Virus record (IMG/VR): IMGVR_UViG_3300042975_000096
Source: a virus
Taxonomy: Duplodnaviria; Caudoviricetes
Strand: one strand, 5' to 3'
Length of the DNA stretch: 64,000 nucleotides
The notes under the pieces were generated by a model. It saw only the letters and a list, made by a program, of their open reading frames with translations, ran no database searches and had not been told where the DNA came from. Each line of letters begins with the position of its first letter. The stretch's first letter is position 1. Shown here piece by piece: positions 61,414 to 64,000 of the stretch. The translations under genes and the position numbers were made by a program.

Positions 61414-63360
61414 TTAACTATCTAAAGTATTTTCAGATATAACATTAATTTCAACATTATCCAACATAAAATACTCATTTAATTCTAATTGTATTTTTGC
61501 TTCCGCAATTTTATTTTTTCTCGCTAATGACACGGTACTCAAATCAACTCTGGTTACACCCGTCGTTTGTCTTGCCAACGCAACCAATTCCGAATTCTCA
61601 ATTGAACTACCCATAGATTTTAAATTATTTACAAACGTACTAATATTCGTTGCTATTGTATTTTTGATTAATGTCGAATCACTATCTATATCACAATAAA
61701 CATCCATCATTATTTGCAAATCAACCCTATTTGCTTGTCTAAGAAGTATATCCGCTGTTAAAATTCGTTTCGCATTCATTTCTTTTTGTAATGACAAAAT
61801 TAATTGATTATAATTATATTTTATGGCCAACGTATCTCCTTCTTGAAGGATATCTTTGTTTATCCAATGGATACAGTCCTTTGATAAAATGCTTCCACCA
61901 ACATCATTACCCAATTGCGAAGTATATTTTTCATCAGAATATGTTGTTTTCACTAAAGCATAATCTGGTTTTGCGTACACTCTTAAATATATTCTATTTT
62001 TTTTCTTAATAAAAGTTCTACTATTTAATCGTTTATCTACTGCAATTATTTTATATGGTTTACCATTATAATAAACTTTTTGAAACATAGGAGCAATATC
62101 ATATTTACTAATATCTTCAAATGTTACTAGTGACCAATTTATAGAATAATCAATATTCGTTAAATATTCCCTTGCAGATTGAAGTTCAACATCCACTTTT
62201 TTCTTCAGTACCTCAATCTCTGTGGCATCAACAATATCCATTGGATAATAATTAGTGTCATTAAATGCATCTGTTATTGAAAAATCCCAAAGTATATCTT
62301 TATAATATGTTTGAGTTATTTTATTCGCTGTAGTCCCATATTCAATTTCATAATTTTCTGCATTCTCATACGTTTTACCAGAAGCCAAAGACGAAATTGA
62401 AACAATGTTTAATGTTGGTTGGTAATCCAAAACTAAATCTTCTGCGCCTTTTTTTAAATATGTAGATGTTATTTTAAAATTCTTATCAACTTCTTGAATT
62501 TGTCTACCTCTAACCCAAATATCAACCATGCCACCCCTACCATATTGATATTCTTTTGCTGAGTTGATAAATCCACCATCTCTAAACATAATTGAATCTG
62601 CTCCACCAATAACAACTGCATCTTCAACAAAATCTTTTTGAATGATATATTTCAAATAGCCATTCTTTGTGCAAATTGAAGCTCCCAATATTGCCAACAT
62701 TATTCTCATTTTTAAGCTTGTATCATTTTCCTGGTCTTCTCCACCACTACAAGCTATTGGATTAGATACTGCAACAATCCCATCAATATCTCCACTATAC
62801 GTTTCTGTTATCGTACCTGCTGAAACATTACCGGAACTTCCAGCAACAACGCTTTGCACTTCACACTCCAAATATTTATATCCCGTACCTGAATCTATAG
62901 GTAAATTATTATAAATATCTCTATTTGTCGCATATGCAGAATCTAATGTTTTAAATACTACCTGGTCAGAAGATGCTGTTCCGCTCGTTGCAATCTCAAA
63001 ATTTGCAGGTATATAAACCTCTGTTGGCAATGAATCCATTGTCAATTTTGTTCTATTTGTATTTTTAATATAAAATCTAACTCTACCAGAAGAATATGTT
63101 GCACCTCTTCTATATGTAAAATAATTAAATCCTAATCTATCCAAATTATAATCAGAAGCCGTTAAAATTGATTGATTAATTTCCATCAATTTCAAATCTG
63201 TATAAAAAGAAGCTAATTCATCAGCTTCTGGACACACTAATACATCACTAATAAATGTTCCTGCTTTAGAATCTATTTTTTCATCTTTATCATTAATATT
63301 ATTTCTAATAGATTGTCGTATCTCATCATATGTACGTTGTTTAATCAAAAATCTCGCCAC
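61414..63360 (-). CDS. Baseplate J family protein
   Basis: LDRLG..RRGAT, AGSSGNVSAGTI, VSNP..SGGEDQENDTSLKMRI. Confidence 0.88.
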   Translation of the reverse strand: MARFLIKQRTYDEIRQSIRNNINDKDEKIDSKAGTFISDVLVCPEADELASFYTDLKLMEINQSILTASDYNLDRLGFNYFTYRRGATYSSGRVRFYIKNTNRTKLTMDSLPTEVYIPANFEIATSGTASSDQVVFKTLDSAYATNRDIYNNLPIDSGTGYKYLECEVQSVVAGSSGNVSAGTITETYSGDIDGIVAVSNPIACSGGEDQENDTSLKMRIMLAILGASICTKNGYLKYIIQKDFVEDAVVIGGADSIMFRDGGFINSAKEYQYGRGGMVDIWVRGRQIQEVDKNFKITSTYLKKGAEDLVLDYQPTLNIVSISSLASGKTYENAENYEIEYGTTANKITQTYYKDILWDFSITDAFNDTNYYPMDIVDATEIEVLKKKVDVELQSAREYLTNIDYSINWSLVTFEDISKYDIAPMFQKVYYNGKPYKIIAVDKRLNSRTFIKKKNRIYLRVYAKPDYALVKTTYSDEKYTSQLGNDVGGSILSKDCIHWINKDILQEGDTLAIKYNYNQLILSLQKEMNAKRILTADILLRQANRVDLQIMMDVYCDIDSDSTLIKNTIATNISTFVNNLKSMGSSIENSELVALARQTTGVTRVDLSTVSLARKNKIAEAKIQLELNEYFMLDNVEINVISENTLDS

Positions 63361-63363
63361 CTT

Positions 63364-63849
63364 TTATAATAGAATCGTTTGTTCTAAAATCTCGTTTGAA
63401 GTGTTTTTTATCACTACCGAAACATCATATCCTACATAATAATTATCTACTTTTATTGACTCGACACCTAACAATATTTCATCTGTTGTCATATTATTAT
63501 ATGTATCACTTTCTTCACATTGTAAAAACCGTAAATATTCTAATGAAGTCCTTATCATTAATTGAAGTTTTGGACTAGTTAATTTTGTTGATTTCTGTCC
63601 AATTAAATCATGTATTTCTGAACCCCATCTTTCAAAAAATGGATTATCACCTTTTACATCATTTATTATTTTCAGCATTTCCTGCTGAAGTTTTATACTC
63701 CCTGTTGCCAAAACAGCTTGACCGGATTTATCAAAAGCTATATCATAATAATATCCTTTACCTAAACATTTTGGACATTTTTCAGGCATATATTGTTTAC
63801 CACCTGTATAGTGGTCACATAAATTAAATATTTTTACATCATAAGACAT
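63364..63849 (-). CDS. gp25-like baseplate wedge protein
   Basis: KLQQEMLKII..GDNPF..WGSEIHDLIG; upstream of baseplate J. Confidence 0.65.
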   Translation of the reverse strand: MSYDVKIFNLCDHYTGGKQYMPEKCPKCLGKGYYYDIAFDKSGQAVLATGSIKLQQEMLKIINDVKGDNPFFERWGSEIHDLIGQKSTKLTSPKLQLMIRTSLEYLRFLQCEESDTYNNMTTDEILLGVESIKVDNYYVGYDVSVVIKNTSNEILEQTILL

Positions 63850-63869
63850 AACGTTAACACCTCAAAATA

Positions 63870-64000
63870 TCAATTTCCATCTCCACGACCATAATTTGCA
63901 TTGAAAGATGGAGCATTCATTGTAACAGCAGAAGGAGAAACTATATTTGTCGTTTCTGTATCTAAAACCATTGAGCTTTTTCCTTTCACGGACATGCTGA
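63870..64000 (-). CDS. 3' end of an upstream gene, possibly the baseplate spike
   Basis: Open frame ..SMSVKGKSSMVLDTETTNIVSPSAVTMNAPSFNANYGRGDGN*; position before gp25/J. Confidence 0.4.
   Translation of the reverse strand, partial: SMSVKGKSSMVLDTETTNIVSPSAVTMNAPSFNANYGRGDGN

Noticed and set aside
1-64000. Alternative genetic code, tRNA genes, cas genes
   Set aside because: Long ORFs tile the window under the standard code; no tRNA cloverleaf or Cas motif was recognised.

Overview
A ~64-kb, AT-rich segment of a large myovirus-like phage, probably infecting a Bacillota host (inferred from HU, GyrB and CRISPR-repeat style). It carries baseplate and tail genes, a +strand block of six tandem GLUG-repeat paralogs, replication genes (DnaB, DnaC-like, primase Zn-finger, SF2 helicase, RecJ, two HU), a sigma factor, ClpX and a type II topoisomerase. 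Three things stand out. (1) gyrB is fractured by a naturally split intein: IntN ends ORF 39703-40446 and IntC begins the ORF starting at about 36472. The halves lie ~3.2 kb apart and no homing endonuclease is visible between them. (2) The gap instead holds a CmoA-like carboxy-SAM synthase and two C5-cytosine methyltransferase homologs. One has Arg in place of the motif-X Asn (GN->GR), which suggests DNA cytosine carboxymethylation, and it also contains an EcoHK31I-beta-like nested ORF. (3) Three cas-less type I-C CRISPR arrays (3, 1 and 5 spacers) are dispersed in the window, each with a near-identical ~200-bp leader and a conserved sigmaA promoter; two spacers are abnormally short (16 and 26 nt). 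At least eight single-base indels break otherwise intact genes and are most likely sequencing errors. No tRNA, rRNA, cas or transposase gene was recognised. All assignments come from motif recognition by eye; no database search was run.
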